Positions 37,820 through 51,048 of a stretch of DNA of 64,000 bases are shown one piece after another (position 1 is the stretch's first letter; each line of letters begins with the position of its first letter). Location of the stretch: positions 186,001 to 250,000 of the forward strand of contig NIVC01000997.1 in NCBI GenBank assembly GCA_002269645.1. Direction: 5' to 3'. Below the pieces are notes generated by a model. The model was not told where the DNA came from. It ran no database searches and saw nothing but the letters and a program-made list of their open reading frames with translations. The stretch is from Macrostomum lignano. Its lineage: Eukaryota. The position numbers and the translations under genes are program-made.

Positions 37820-38697
37820 TGTTGTACCTGTGGTTGTCCTGCTGTACAGCGCAGTGACTTGGGCTTCGTCCTCTCACTTAGAAGCCTTCTTAACTTTAGT
37901 AGCGTAGGTAGTGCTGCCACCAGTTCCTTCAGGTCTCGGCCTTCAGTGAGGGGAGCTTCCCGTCGGAACGAAATAATGAAGTCAATGAACACAGCACAGC
38001 GTGCAGATTTAGAGCGCAACGGATAGGGCGTCTCGTCAGCAGTACCTGCCGGGCCGCCCGGCCTGGCATGGTAGAGGGAGGGCTGAGTTAGCCTCTCGTA
38101 GACTTGGGTTGACTTGGTCGGGTTTCAGTCGGAGCAATAGGAATAGAGTCAATACGCGCAAAGGCTCGGACACTCGGGGATTTGGTCACATGCAGACGTA
38201 GAACTCGAGGTTGAACAGAAAGAAGACTCCTTGACAGAAACAAGGGGGAGAGAGCTCCTATTTATAGCCAGGAAACACCCACGCAGGAGACCTCGTGACT
38301 TGTTCTATTTTTAGAACTGACTTCACTCAAGAGTCTTGGGCAGGGTACAAGCGTGCAGAAGACCCCGTGACTTGTTCTATTTGTAGAACTGACGTCACTT
38401 GAGGTCCCCAGCCAGAGTACAGGCAGCTGTGACTCAGTTGCTATTTTTAGCAACATGAGTCACTCCTCTCTTTAGAGAAGGGAGGGGTCCGAAAGCATGT
38501 GACTCACCCGGTAAACAGGGCCAACGAGTGCAGTAAACATGTTTACTGCACTTTAGGACTTGAAGAATGCAGAGAACTGTCATGTGACTTGCTCACAAGA
38601 CAGGGAAAACGGGATGGGAGCGAAACAGAGACAGCCCACAGCCGAGAGACTGGGGCTGAGAACAGAGACGCCAACCATAAACTAGCAGCTCACTACA
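37820..38697 (-). repeat. 5' LTR (878 bp)
   Basis: Lacks a 118-bp block present in the 3' LTR (30479-30596, bounded by GACGC microhomology) and has 9 extra bp near 38050. Confidence 0.93.
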
Positions 38698-40946
38698 TTG
38701 TAATAGACAATTGGATGCCTTTTGTCCACTTATTCCAATAAAGGTCACTAGCAATAGCTTTATCAAAAGATTTTTAAAATAGCTATGCTACTTTTGATAT
38801 TGATCTTGGAATAATTTGCATTATAGTAAAATAATATTGTATATGAATGCCATTTCAAATACTCGTAATACTACAAAAATGATATAAGTTTAGCTATAGT
38901 TTAGCAATTATTTTTTTTCAAAAAAGCCAACAAAAGTATATGTAAAGGGTTCCCCATTTCTTTCAATTATAACAATTAGTACACTTTTGAATGCATGCCA
39001 AATCTAAGAAATACACTTTGTTATACTGTACATATTTTTTGTAAGATTTTTGCAAATTAATATTGCATTCAAAATTATCAGTAAATTTAGTATAAAAGAT
39101 TTAGTATATTTAGATAGGAGCAAGTTTTAGTGGAGGAAACCAACTTGCCTCCCACGGTTCAAGCAAATATAAGAAAGTTAATAAGTGATTGATACAGAGT
39201 GTTCTAAGCAAATAATTGAGAAGTGTTTTTTGAGTTAATTCATTTTCTAGTGAAGTGAAATAGGATAATATACTGTATATACTACTGAGAAATAGATAAC
39301 CAGTAGGGAGGAATAAAAAGTAGATCCTAGCAGTATTATATAGAACATTGAGGCTGTGACCCTCTGATCCTAGAAACATTTAGGACTGGGAAGGGAATAC
39401 ATGCAACATATATACCAGTGGGAAAATAGTAATAATACCACTTAGGCCAAAATAACACTAAGAATGCTACTAGTATAAGGGGTTACCAGTACTTAGAATT
39501 CATACATGCGCAACCCCCCTGATTTACACTGGCCATGCGACTTACTTTTTGACCAAAAATGCGACTTACCTGTGAAAGAAACCCTAAAGCAAAATAAACG
39601 CTTATTTGGGTAAACGGCAGGAGTAACTATGACTGTCTTATTAGCCCTAAATGCCTCGGCATCTAATTAGTACTACTCCGTATTCTTTGGGGTGGCATTT
39701 TTGCGACTTACCCCTGGTCCACCACAATTTACGATGGCCAGATCGGCCAGGTCGGCCAGCAGTTGCGCATGTATGACTTAGATAAATACTTAGACTTATA
39801 CTAAGAATAGTTATTAGATTAATCAGGTCAGATATACTAAGACAATTACTCAGACTAATGCTTAGACCAATTCTAAGAAGAGAAGAATAGAATTCAACCC
39901 CTTGCACAATTTTGGTAGCATTAAAAGAGAACAAAGAGCACTACTACAACTTTGTGTCAGCAATGAAATTATTATTCTAGAGGACAGAAGCTTTAGCCCT
40001 GTAATATATGTTTTAGCTAATTACCTTAGGACCTAAAATCTTGAGTGGTCTTAGACTATCTCTACTCTCATAGTCAAGAAAGTGATGACAATGTATTGTG
40101 TATGCTTGTGACCTACTTTGAAAGTGTGTCAATTTCTCTCCCTTGCAGATGCAATGAATATATTTTTAGGGTATGATCTATGCACTGCCTATGTGCCATC
40201 AATATGCTATTTTTATATATCAATATGCTTTTATACATTATTTCTATGCTTATATCTTCTAGAACTTTACTTTTGGCTTTCCTACTTACTATTCTATTAT
40301 TCTAATATCTTACTTTTTAAATGAATCCTTAACCATTAAGGCAACCTGTAACAAAAATATATATTTATTGAACTGTCTTATAGCCTATAAAACATAACAT
40401 AGAAATGGGACATTTGAAAATACAAGTAGTATTAACAAATAATTACATGTTTTATAACAATTTGCCAAAAATGTTTATTACACACACCAGAGACTGGAAT
40501 GTATGCCATGATTGTGCAATGAGTGTATTAGAGACCCCTTGTGTGCCATGATTATGCACCAACTGCATTAGAGACCATATTTGTGCTATGAGTATATATA
40601 TAAATATATATTAGAAATGTATATAAACAAATATATTAGCTATATATAGCTTGACTGAACAATATCAAACCGATATGCATATTTATAAGAAAGGTTCATG
40701 CCAATTAAAAGGTTAAAAATTAAATCAAATTGAAAATTTGAATTTGACTTAACATGATTATACTGCTATTATAGCAGAAATGTTCTCTTGACTAAAATGC
40801 CTAGTCTATTCTTATTATATGCTATATATGTCAGCATTCAGAATTGCTAGCTACTGCACAATGCATTTTTACAGTAATTCATGTTATCATTGTTTTTGCA
40901 TCTTTAATTTCCTGGTAAATTTATTGTGCTAATAATTAAACTAAAA

Positions 40947-43900
40947 ATGAGTACAGCTACAGTTAAGCCAGATCCTGATGATATACAAACCAGGTAATTG
41001 TAACTCATAATATTTTGCATTGTAAGCATAGTGGCATCTCATCAAAGGACTAAGATTAGGCATAGTTAACAAAAAAGACATTCTGAAAAGGAAGAAACTT
41101 CTCTTTTTAAAAGAGGATCCTTCAAATATTGCTAGTACTTCTTTTGGCTGAGGTTGTAGCCTAGTGGTTGGAGCATTTGATTTTCACTCATAAATAAATA
41201 AAAGGTCATAAATTCGATTCTCAACCATCCCAGACGAATTTGAGTTCTTGACTCAACCTTCCCCTCTCAGTCCTTGGACTGAACGGCCGTATGCAGCTTT
41301 TGGATTAACTATTAGTTATTCTTGTTTTAAATATCATTTAGACTCCTCAACCTGGCGGGTCAGCTCCCGGCTGGCATAAACCAGGCGGCATTGCGCAGTC
41401 ACCTGTCTGACCTGCCAATGGACCGTATTATTCAGTGCATCAATCAGCTCACACAGTCAGGTAAACTTGAAGTGCTACAGACAGCCAATCGGGAACTGTT
41501 GTGGCGACTTCGAGACGCTAGCGCCGACCGGAGACTGGATGGACTGGACACTAAAGAGGTCATGGTTTATGAGCAATTGCGAGCGTTCGGGAATAAAGGT
41601 GCCTCTGCCCAGCAGCTGCAGAGCAGGAGCGCGATGCCGCAACGAGAAATTGGCAAATGTTTGAACAGTTTGGAGGCTAAGAAGCTGGTTAAGATTGTGC
41701 GACCTGTTGGTAAGATGCTTGTGGTTGATCAGTGTCAGAATGCCATTTCTACAGTGTCAGAATGCCATTTCTACAATGTCAGAATGCCATTTCTACAATG
41801 TCAGAATGCCATTTCTACAGTGTCAGAATGCCATTTCTACAATGTCAGAATGCCATTTCTACCGTGTCAGAATGCCATTTCTACAGTGTCAGAATGCCAT
41901 TTCTACCGTGTCAGAATGCCATTTCTACCGTGTCAGAATGCCATTTCTACAGTGTCAGAATGCCATTTCTACCGTGTCAGAATGCCATTTCTACCGTGTC
42001 AGAATGCCATTTCTACAGTGTCAGAATGCCATTTCTACAGTGTCAGAATGCCATTTCTACAATGTCAGAATGCCATTTCTACAGTGTCAGAATGCCATTT
42101 CTACAATATCAGAATGCCATTTCTACAGTGTCAGAATGCCATTTCTACAATGTCAGAATGCCATTTCTACAATGTCAGAATGCCATTTCTACAGTGTCAG
42201 AATGCCATTTCTACAGTGTCAGAATGCCATTTCTACAATGTCAGAATGCCATTTCTACAATGTCAGAATGCCATTTCTACAGTGTCAGAATGCCATTTCT
42301 ACAATGTCTGAATGCCATTTCTACCGTGTCAGAATGCCATTTCTACAGTGTCAATGCCATTTCTACAGTGTCAGAATGCCATTTCTACAGTGTCAGAATG
42401 CCATTTCTACAATGTCAGAATGCCATTTCTACAATGTCAGAATGCCATTTCTACAGTGTCAGAATGCCATTTCTACAATGTCTGAATGCCATTTCTACCG
42501 TGTCAGAATGCCATTTCTACAGTGTCAATGCCATTTCTACAATGTCAGAATGCCATTTCTACCGTGTCAGAATGCCATTTCTACAGTGTCAGAATGCCAT
42601 TTCTACCGTGTCAGAATGCCATTTCTACCGTGTCAGAATGCCATTTCTACAGTGTCAGAATGCCATTTCTACAGTGTCAGAATGCCATTTCTACAATGTC
42701 AGAATGCCATTTCTACAGTGTCAGAATGCCATTTCTACAATATCAGAATGCCATTTCTACAGTGTCAGAATGCCATTTCTACAGTGTCAGAATGCCATTT
42801 CTACAATGTCTGAATGCCATTTCTACAGTTTCAGAATGCCATTTCTACAATGTCAGAATGCCATTTCTACAGTGTCAGAATGCCATTTCTACAATGTCTG
42901 AATGCCATTTCTACAGTTTCAGAATGCCATTTCTACAGTGTCAATGCCATTTCTACAATGTCAGAATGCCATTTCTACCGTGTCAGAATGCCATTTCTAC
43001 AGTGTCAGAATGCCATTTCTACCGTGTCAGAATGCCATTTCTACAGTGTCAGAATGCCATTTCTACAGTGTCAGAATGCCATTTCTACAGTGTCAGAATG
43101 CCATTTCTACCGTGTCAGAATGCCATTTCTACCGTGTCAGAATGCCATTTCTACAGTGTCAGAATGCCATTTCTACAGTGTCAGAATGCCATTTCTACAG
43201 TGTCAGAATGCCATTTCTACAGTGTCAGAATGCCATTTCTACAATGTCAGAATGCCATTTCTACAGTGTCAGAATGCCATTTCTACAGTGCCAGAATGCC
43301 ATTTCTACCGTGTCAGAATGCCATTTCTACCGTGTCAGAATGTCATTTCTACAGTGTCAGAATGCCATTTCTACAATGTCAGAATGCCATTTCTACAGTG
43401 TCAGAATGCCATTTCTACAGTGCCAGAATGCCATTTCTACCGTGTCAGAATGCCATTTCTACCGTGTCAGAATGCCATTTCTACAATGTCAGAATGCCAA
43501 TCACTCCTCTCGGATTCCGCAGGTCACGCCAAGAAGAAAATCTTCATGCTATTCGAACTCGAACCGGACGCCTCTCTGCAGGCTGGCACATTTTTCTCCG
43601 GCGAAGGATTCGATCAAGAATTCGTTGACGTGCTCTGCCAACAGTGCACCCTGTATCTGCGTCGGAAAGCCGAGGCGGCGGCGACATCAGCTGCTACAAC
43701 CTCTGCGTCTGCCACCCTGGAGGAGGTTCAGCAGTTCATCGGTCAGTCGCGGGTCAGCACTGTTGCTCTCAGCCTAGACGATATACGTCGTGTATTACGC
43801 GCCCTAACCTTGGAAGGTGTTGTAGAGACCCGGCCGGGGCCGTACGCTGGCGCTGGATCGAGTTGTTTATACCGATTAGCAAGGAGTCAATTGCCAACTA

Positions 43901-44028
43901 GCGGCGATTTCGGCGCCGTCCGAGTCCCCTGCGTGTCGTGCCCGGTGGCACCAGACTGTCGGATTGGTGGCGAAATATCGCCAATCGGTTGCGTATATTT
44001 GACTGACTGGGCTAAGGGGCAGTTTTAG
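40947..44028 (+). CDS. POLR3F: RNA polymerase III subunit RPC6/RPC34; exons 40947-40993, 41342-41709, 43523-44028
   Basis: GNKG, LNSLEAKKLVK, KKKIFMLFELEPD, FDQEFVDVLCQQC and the C-terminal Fe-S motif PCVSCPVAPDC...GEISPIGCVYLTDW; phases 2 and 1 are consistent. Confidence 0.92.
41729..43500 (+). repeat. 22-bp minisatellite AGTGTCAGAATGCCATTTCTAC filling POLR3F intron 2
   Basis: About 80 units, leaving only ~20 nt of unique sequence at each intron end. Confidence 0.96.
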
Positions 44029-44091
44029 TGTGGTGGACAAGTTTAGCATTTTTAGAGAATTATACTTCTTGTAGGCCTTCAAATCTTCAGA

Positions 44092-44346
44092 CTAGTCAAC
44101 CTTCAAATCCACTGAATAATCGGCCTTCATATTATCAGAATAATCAGCCTTCAAATCCTCAGAATAATCAGCCTTCAAATACTCATGATAACCGGCCCTA
44201 AAATCCTCAGAACAATCAGCCTTCAAATCCTCCGAATAATAAGCCTTCAAATCCTCAAATATATAAACCTTCAAATCCACTGAATAATCGGCCTTCAAAT
44301 TATCAGAATAATCTGCCTTCAAATCATCTGAATAATTGACATTCAT
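44092..44346 (-). repeat. Degenerate 24-bp tandem repeat forming an 84-aa ORF (DYSEDLKA x~10)
   Basis: ATG-to-stop ORF antisense to the POLR3F 3' region; the units are diverged but free of indels. Confidence 0.6.
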
Positions 44347-45622
44347 TCTTATTCCCTGAATCGTTTTCTTTTACAAAAATCAGCCTTCGTAAACCATTAT
44401 TTCATGTTTCCTAAATAAATATCAACACTCTTTGCGTGACAAACACACTTTCTACTGCTATAAACATAAACAATTTTAATTGTTAATGCACAAGTTAAAA
44501 GTTGCTCTTGAGCATTCGCTAGCTAATCTTTGTTACGAATGTAACGATAAATTTTATGTTTTTGCTTGCTCCGCTTACTGCACTCGGTTAAAATGGTATT
44601 GCATTTGACCTATTTATCATGGATGGAATATTTATAATAAATAATTTTGAATTTAACTTTACGAGTCAAAGTGCGTCTTGGTGTCTTAAAGCAGTTTATT
44701 ATCGATAGTTCTAGCTCAATGCAACAGTTACATATAAGTAGAGCTAATACTTACAAACGATAGTACGTTCATTCACACAGGTCTGTGTGCCGGTGCCGGT
44801 AAGCCCTAGATGGCATTAATTCCTTTCTTTGATCGATAAAATTATAAGGTATAATATTGTAAGCATCATGTAAAGCTTGCTTTTGCCTATTATGCCCAGA
44901 AGCTTTTGGTAAACGGCCTACATTAGACAAAGCGATATGCACACTATGTGCATGTAAATTAGATATTGATCTATTTTGGCAACGATAATTTATCAGTTAA
45001 ATGTCAGTTATTCGCATTTCACAATGGGTCTGTGGAAAGTGGGGATCGATGGTTAAACGACAAAAAGTATTTACGGTTACACGTACTATGCAGTGTTATG
45101 TCCAGTAATTTTAGAAATGTACGCTTAAGACAAGATTTTGAGAGGACATCAATGTAAGACCAAATGCGGGGGGACGCTACCCCCTATATATAATTTTCTG
45201 GATCCGGCCATTTTTCATGTATATGCAATGTACTCGTACGTAAAACCGGCAGTAAACCCGAAACTAACAAACCGTACAGAGCATATTTGAAAGAGCTTTA
45301 AAGATTTTAGATATTTTACCTGATTACTTTTCTAAAAAAAGTCATTACGTGACGACATCCACAAAATTTTTTATATTTGTAGAAAATATTTTTCGTGTAA
45401 ACATTTAAAAGATATTTCGATAAGAAAATATTTTTTATAATCACCCACAATCACACATGTTGTTCTACCTGGTACGAAGAATTAAGCAATTCTATACAGG
45501 TGATTCAAGGAAGCTAGTACATCTAAATAATTTTCAGTGTTTATTGCTGGTAGTAGAGTATAGGCCTACAAAAACTGTTACGTTAATAAAATATACTTTA
45601 AGTTTAACTTCATTCGTTACTA

Positions 45623-48600
45623 ATGGACCAAAACGTAACTGAAAGAAGCCCTCTTCTTCAACCAGCACAAGATGGCTTAAGCGAAAGTGATGAAATTCAA
45701 GAATATACAGGTAAAATTAGTACATTGGTTTTTTAGCGTCAAATTTTATACTACTACTAGGCCTAGTCGTTTTTTAATAGTGAATTAATTTTAACTTTTT
45801 TGCCTAGTTATTATAAATTTACAATGCTCAAGTCTTGATTGAATCGAAGTTATTAATCAATAATTATTTATACCATCCCAATCAAGGTAATTCAATCAAA
45901 CCATATTATTTGTTATATTGCTAAGTAGGAATCTTCTTTAGATAACTTTATTTTATTCACATTGTAGGCAAATTGAACTCAACACAACTGTCATTGTTAT
46001 AATTTGCTAAAGATATAATATTTAAATTCTGAACTAAGGACTCTATTGAGAGTTAAGAAGTTATTTTTAGTATTTTTAGGTTTTAATTAAGGGTCACAAT
46101 CCTGGGATCCCAATCCCAAAATCCCGGGATTTAGACATTTTTTAAGATTATGGGATCCCGGGATTGGAAGTCAGGATTAAGTCAGGATTCAGGATTTAAA
46201 TATTGAAATTTGAAAAGTGGAAACTGAGTTACTGAAATAGTAAAAAGCAAGATATTATGATTAATTTTTGATGGCATGCTACATATGCATGTGCACTATG
46301 CTGTGTACTGTGTAGAGTGTAGTGTATAGTCCAAAAAGACAGCAAAGATGATAAACTCCAACTGCAGTCATTGTTCAGATTTAGAGGCAGCACTAGCAGG
46401 CAGACCCTGGCTTCTGGGACAGGGAAATAAATGAAACTTGCTAAGATAGGCTAGGGTGAGGTCTAGGGTTTGGGTTTGGCTCGGTAGGCTAGAAGGAAAT
46501 GAGAGCTTTGTGTATATATGTACATTGTAGTTGTAGTGTATGTATACTTTAACAATCTGCTCTGCCTCTGCATGAGGTGGCAGGTGCAGGGAGGCCTGGA
46601 GGGTGGATGTCTGGATAGGGCTGGGCCACTAAAGGTCCCTTCCTTGGTTATGGTTTGTTTACCCCAAGTTCTTGTTTATCTTCTTATTTAGATCAATGTG
46701 GAACTTGGAAGATCAATAAAACTGGGCCCTGGTGGGTGCAGCTACATATATGGTACGGCATGTCCTCTTCTTCCCTAACACCCCCTTATATACATTGGTA
46801 TCCTAAGCAAAAATAGGTAGGGGGCTAGGAGATTGTGGCTATGTACATATGCTAAGCTAAATAGTGTTAAAACTTGAAAATGCACAAATGGGATGCTTGT
46901 TTTGTCACCAAAATCAGAATTTATGACACAATTAAGGTAAACTGGGAGGAAATCTCCAATCCTGAAGTCAATCCCAAGATCCCAAGATTTCTAGTTTTTA
47001 AATATCGGGATCCCAGGACTGAAAAAAGCTAGGATTTTGTGACCCCTAGTTTTAATTGATAAATCTCATTTGCCTAAGTAAAGAAGCATCATATTTTTAA
47101 AAGTTGATAACATAATAAAAAAGTTACAAAATAGCATTAATAACTAAAAAAGTCAGCCTTAAGCCTAAAATGCAAGTGAAAACCACAAAAATAGTTTTTG
47201 CCATTTTTTGCTATAACTAGTGTCTTTCATTCTTTTTTCTTTTATACAAGACATAATTTAACATAATAAAAGTTGTTACCTAACTAGTAGCAACAAAGCT
47301 AACCTATTAACTTTAAAAAAACTTTAATTTCCAATGGACCCAACAATAACTTTTTTGCATGTATTTATTGTAGGGAATTTTTTTTGTGGCCCAACCTTTT
47401 AGGGATTAAAAAAGTAATAAAGCAATAAGAATTTTTTCAACTTCTAAGTATATTTAAAACAATATTATAATAGCTAGCCAAGAATTGAACAGAATAGTTT
47501 ATATTATATTAGCTTTGCATTTTGTAAGGATGTTTTAAAATTTACTATAGGGAATTACTTTCTCAACAAAGGAGAATTCGGTGGATAGCTGAAGAGTTTA
47601 GTAGGACTTCACCTTAGTTGTAGAACTTTAAACAAGTTTTCTGAATTTTCTCAAGTAAATAATATTTTTTTCAAATTTTAATTTTCAAATTGTCAAATTT
47701 CAAAGACAATTTCAAAAGTATATGTTTAATATTGGAGCTTACAATGTGCTTACTTCTACCATGTAAGCACATATAGTACCATTGCTTTAAATTTTGGCAA
47801 TAAAAAGACCACTGCCATCTACCATGTCAAATGGATTCTATTCAACATTAGGGACATGGCTATTATTTCTATAGTATAAGTTTTTGGATTATAAACACAA
47901 TTTCCATGTCTTCAAGTATGGAATTTTTAAAAGCCATTCTTATATAAAAATAAAAAACTAAAGAGATAAAACAAAAAGTTTTTCTCTATAAAGCATTTGT
48001 TTCTTTCTAGTTTATATTCAGTTTTTATAGATTACCTATTGAAGTTAATAAATGTCTGACTCTATGGAGAAAATATCTTATATAGATAAATAAATCAAGT
48101 GGCATATCTTAATATCTGAACATATTTAATACTTCTCAAGTTAGGAAAACCATTAAAATCAAGTTTTATAAAAAGTCTACTTTTACTATTTATGGTGGAA
48201 CAAAAGAACTAAAAAGTTAGGAAACTATGAAAATTATGATTTGTGTGATTTTTTGTAGCTGTGCACTATGATCAAAGTTTGCCTATGCAATTATATATTT
48301 GATACATTGATAGGCCTTTATATGTTTTTTAGATTTGCTCCTGTGGGCAATTTATAAGAATTAAGTCTCCAAAAGATTCTTGGATTTTGTAGATTTTTAT
48401 CAGTTATGACAAAAAGATTTAAATAGTTTCAATAAATTGGTGTCCAAATACCTCAAGACCATTGAATTAGGCTTATTTTATAATCTAGTCTATAGCCATC
48501 TGCTAATTCTGTGGGTCAGAGACTCAGAAAGGCTTAGCATTTAGTATAGAGATTTCGGTATTTCATTAGGTTTTTAAGCAATACTAGTTGGCATTCTGGT

Positions 48601-51048
48601 TTTCAATTTGGATAAATTCCTGAATAAAGTTAAATTAAACACTGGCCCACAGTCAAGGTATAAAATGTTGTTGACCCTTTTCAATAGATCTTTAGAGCTA
48701 TGTAGACCCAACACCTTACAAATACCATGAATACATTGCACAATGCAAAGTCTAAAACTCTTACAGTATCAACTATTTATAGAAGCAATAGAAATAACTA
48801 AAACACGAATAACATGATTGAGGTGACCCAAACCAACTGATCATCCCGCAATCCACACAATGTGATAAAAACGCATACTGCCACACAGGATGCCAGCCGG
48901 AGGCATGCTGCAACCCCAGACGCCCTCTCCATCGCTACATGGTTCTAGCGGTGATGTGCTTTCTATCGTTTGGCTCGTATTTTTGTTACGACAATCCGGC
49001 CGCTCTGCAGGACATTTTCATAGAAAAACTGGGCCTATCAACGTCCGAATATTCCGCACTGTACTCTTGGTACTCTTGGCCTAATGTGGTCTTATCAATG
49101 ATTGGTGGATTTCTAATCGATCGAGTATTTGGTATTCGCCTAGGAGCTTTCATATTCGCCTCTTTCTGCCTAGTTGGCCAGGTAGTGTTCGCTGCTGGCG
49201 CCTTCTTTAACTTGCTCGGCCTGATGTACTTTGCTAGGTTCCTGTTTGGCATTGGTGGCGAGAGTCTGGCCGTAGCGCAGAACACCTACGCCATATCGTG
49301 GTTCCGCGATCACGAATTAAACATGGTGTTCGGCGTTCTGTTAAGCATGTCTCGAATCGGTAGTACCGTTAATATGAATGTTATGCAACCGATTTACAAA
49401 GCGAAATCTTTGACTGATTTAACTCCACCGAAGCATATGGGCGTTGTGCTATTAATCGCGTCTGCTACTTGCGTGTTCTCTGTCATGTGCACCATTCTGC
49501 TGGCGTTTATCGATCGTCGGGCTAAGCGACTTTTAGGACAACAGGTGGGTTATAATCGACTGTTAAACCTTTCACTAATTATATAATTTTTGTTACTCTG
49601 GCTTCTAAAGGCTTCTAAACAATTGTTTTCACACACTTTGCTGAGTACGTTTTAAATATGTTAATAATTTCCGTCTGGGTTATGAGAGAGGGACACCCTG
49701 ATTTCTGATGGAGTCACAGCCTGATTTCTGATGGAGTGACACCCTGATTTCTGATGGAGTGGCACCCTGATTTCTGGTGGATTCACAGCCTGATTTCTGA
49801 TGGAGTGACAGCCTGATTTCTGATGGAGTGACACCCTGATTTCTGATGGAGTGACACCCTGATTTCTGATGGAGTGACAGCCTGATTTCTGATGGAGTGA
49901 CAGCCTGATTTCTGATGGAGTGACAGCCTGATTTCTGATGGAGTGACAGCCTGATTTCTGATGGAGTGACAGCCTGATTTCTGATGGAGTGACAGCCTGA
50001 TTTCTGATGGAGTGACAGCCTGATTTCTGATGGAGTGACAGCCTGATTTCTGATGGAGTGACAGCCTGATTTCTGATGGAGTGACAGCCTGATTTCTGAT
50101 GGAGTGGCACCCTGATTTCTGATGTAGTGACACCCTGATTTCTGATTTAAGGACACCCTAGTTCTTATTTGGTGACACCTTGATTCTTACGTAGTAACAC
50201 CCTGACTCTTATGACCCGCTAACTATCTAAATATTAATTGAAGGCCTGTTTCCTAAAGTTTGACATCCTGATTGCGGTCCTGACTGATACGCCGCAGTAT
50301 AAGCCGCAGCAAACAATCGCATGGCTTTTTTTCTTAATTTCCTTAATCCCAGGCTGCCGCTACTGGGGAAAAGATCGAGCTGCGTGACATCACCCGTTTC
50401 CCACTGCCCGTCTGGCTATTGTGCATCATCTGCGTAGCCTACTACGTCAGCGTGTTCCCCTTCATCAGCCTTGGCGAGGTGTTCTTCCTGCGTCGCTACC
50501 AGACCAGCCCGGACGCCGCTGACGCCATCACCAGCTTGCCCTATATTGTTAGCGCAGTGGCTAGCCCAATATGCGGCTTTCTGATTGACAGAACTGGTCG
50601 CAACGTTCTCTGGATTATGTTTGGCACATTTTTGACCCTAGGCTGTCATATTTGCTTAGCGTTCACCTTCAATTTGAATCCGTACGCTTTGATGGCTTGG
50701 TTCGGCGTTAGCTACAGCATTGTGGCCGCTTCACTGTGGCCGCTGGTGTCTCATTGTGTCCCTAGTAGGGCCCTGGGTACAGCCTACGGCATTATGCAAT
50801 CGGTGCAGAACCTCGGACTAGCCTGCGTCAATTTGGCCACGGGTGCTATTGTCGATGCTAAAGGCTATTTAATGCTGGAGGTGTTCTTTCTAATGTGGCT
50901 CTGTTTGGCTTTGATCTTCTGCTCCCTGCTCTACCTGTGGGATTTGAAGTATATGGACGGCAGATTGAATCGATCGGCTGCGGAGCGGCATCGAATTGAG
51001 GGCATCGAGAAAGCCGCCGCAGAAGCGGCCGCCGCTAGAGATGAGTGA
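45623..51048 (+). CDS. MFSD1: Lysosomal MFS transporter MFSD1; exons 45623-45710, 48889-49544, 50353-51048
   Basis: MCFLSFGSYFCYDNPAALQ, LYSWYSWPNVVL, GGFLIDRVFGIR and GIGGESLAVAQNTY; N-terminal dileucine motif ERSPLL; phases 1 and 0. Confidence 0.92.
46088..47048. mobile_element. Non-autonomous hAT element (961 bp) in MFSD1 intron 1
   Basis: TIR TA(A/G)GGGTCACAA, subterminal ATCCC(G/A)GGAT repeats, exact 8-bp TSD GTTTTAAT (46080-46087 and 47049-47056). Confidence 0.85.
49690..50160 (+). repeat. 23-bp minisatellite CCTGATTTCTGATGGAGTGACAG, MFSD1 intron 2
   Basis: About 20 units. Confidence 0.95.

Larger units (their letters stand above)
29636..38697 (-). mobile_element. Full-length but defective Gypsy/Ty3 LTR retrotransposon (9062 bp)
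   Basis: Paired TG...CA LTRs, 4-bp TSD TTGT (29632-29635 and 38698-38701), PBS, PPT and gag-PR-RT-RNaseH-IN order. Confidence 0.95.

Noticed and set aside
31601-38026. Plus-strand ORFs across the Gypsy interior (e.g. 33201-33851, 37176-37907)
   Set aside because: They are antisense shadows of GC-rich gag-pol codons with no motifs.
39530-39720. Three GCGACTTAC motifs as transposon subterminal repeats
   Set aside because: No TIR pair or TSD could be defined.
41391-44028. ORFs 41391-42311 and 42814-44028 as a Cys-rich repeat protein
   Set aside because: They are POLR3F exons read into the intronic 22-bp array; the spliced model restores the RPC34 sequence.
45345-45353. CLEAR/TFEB-like TTACGTGAC upstream of lysosomal MFSD1
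   Set aside because: It is a single site with a mismatch in the CACGTG core and is expected by chance.
46380-46800. Possible solo LTR nested in the hAT element (AATAAA, TG...CA candidates)
   Set aside because: No convincing TSD or second copy was found.
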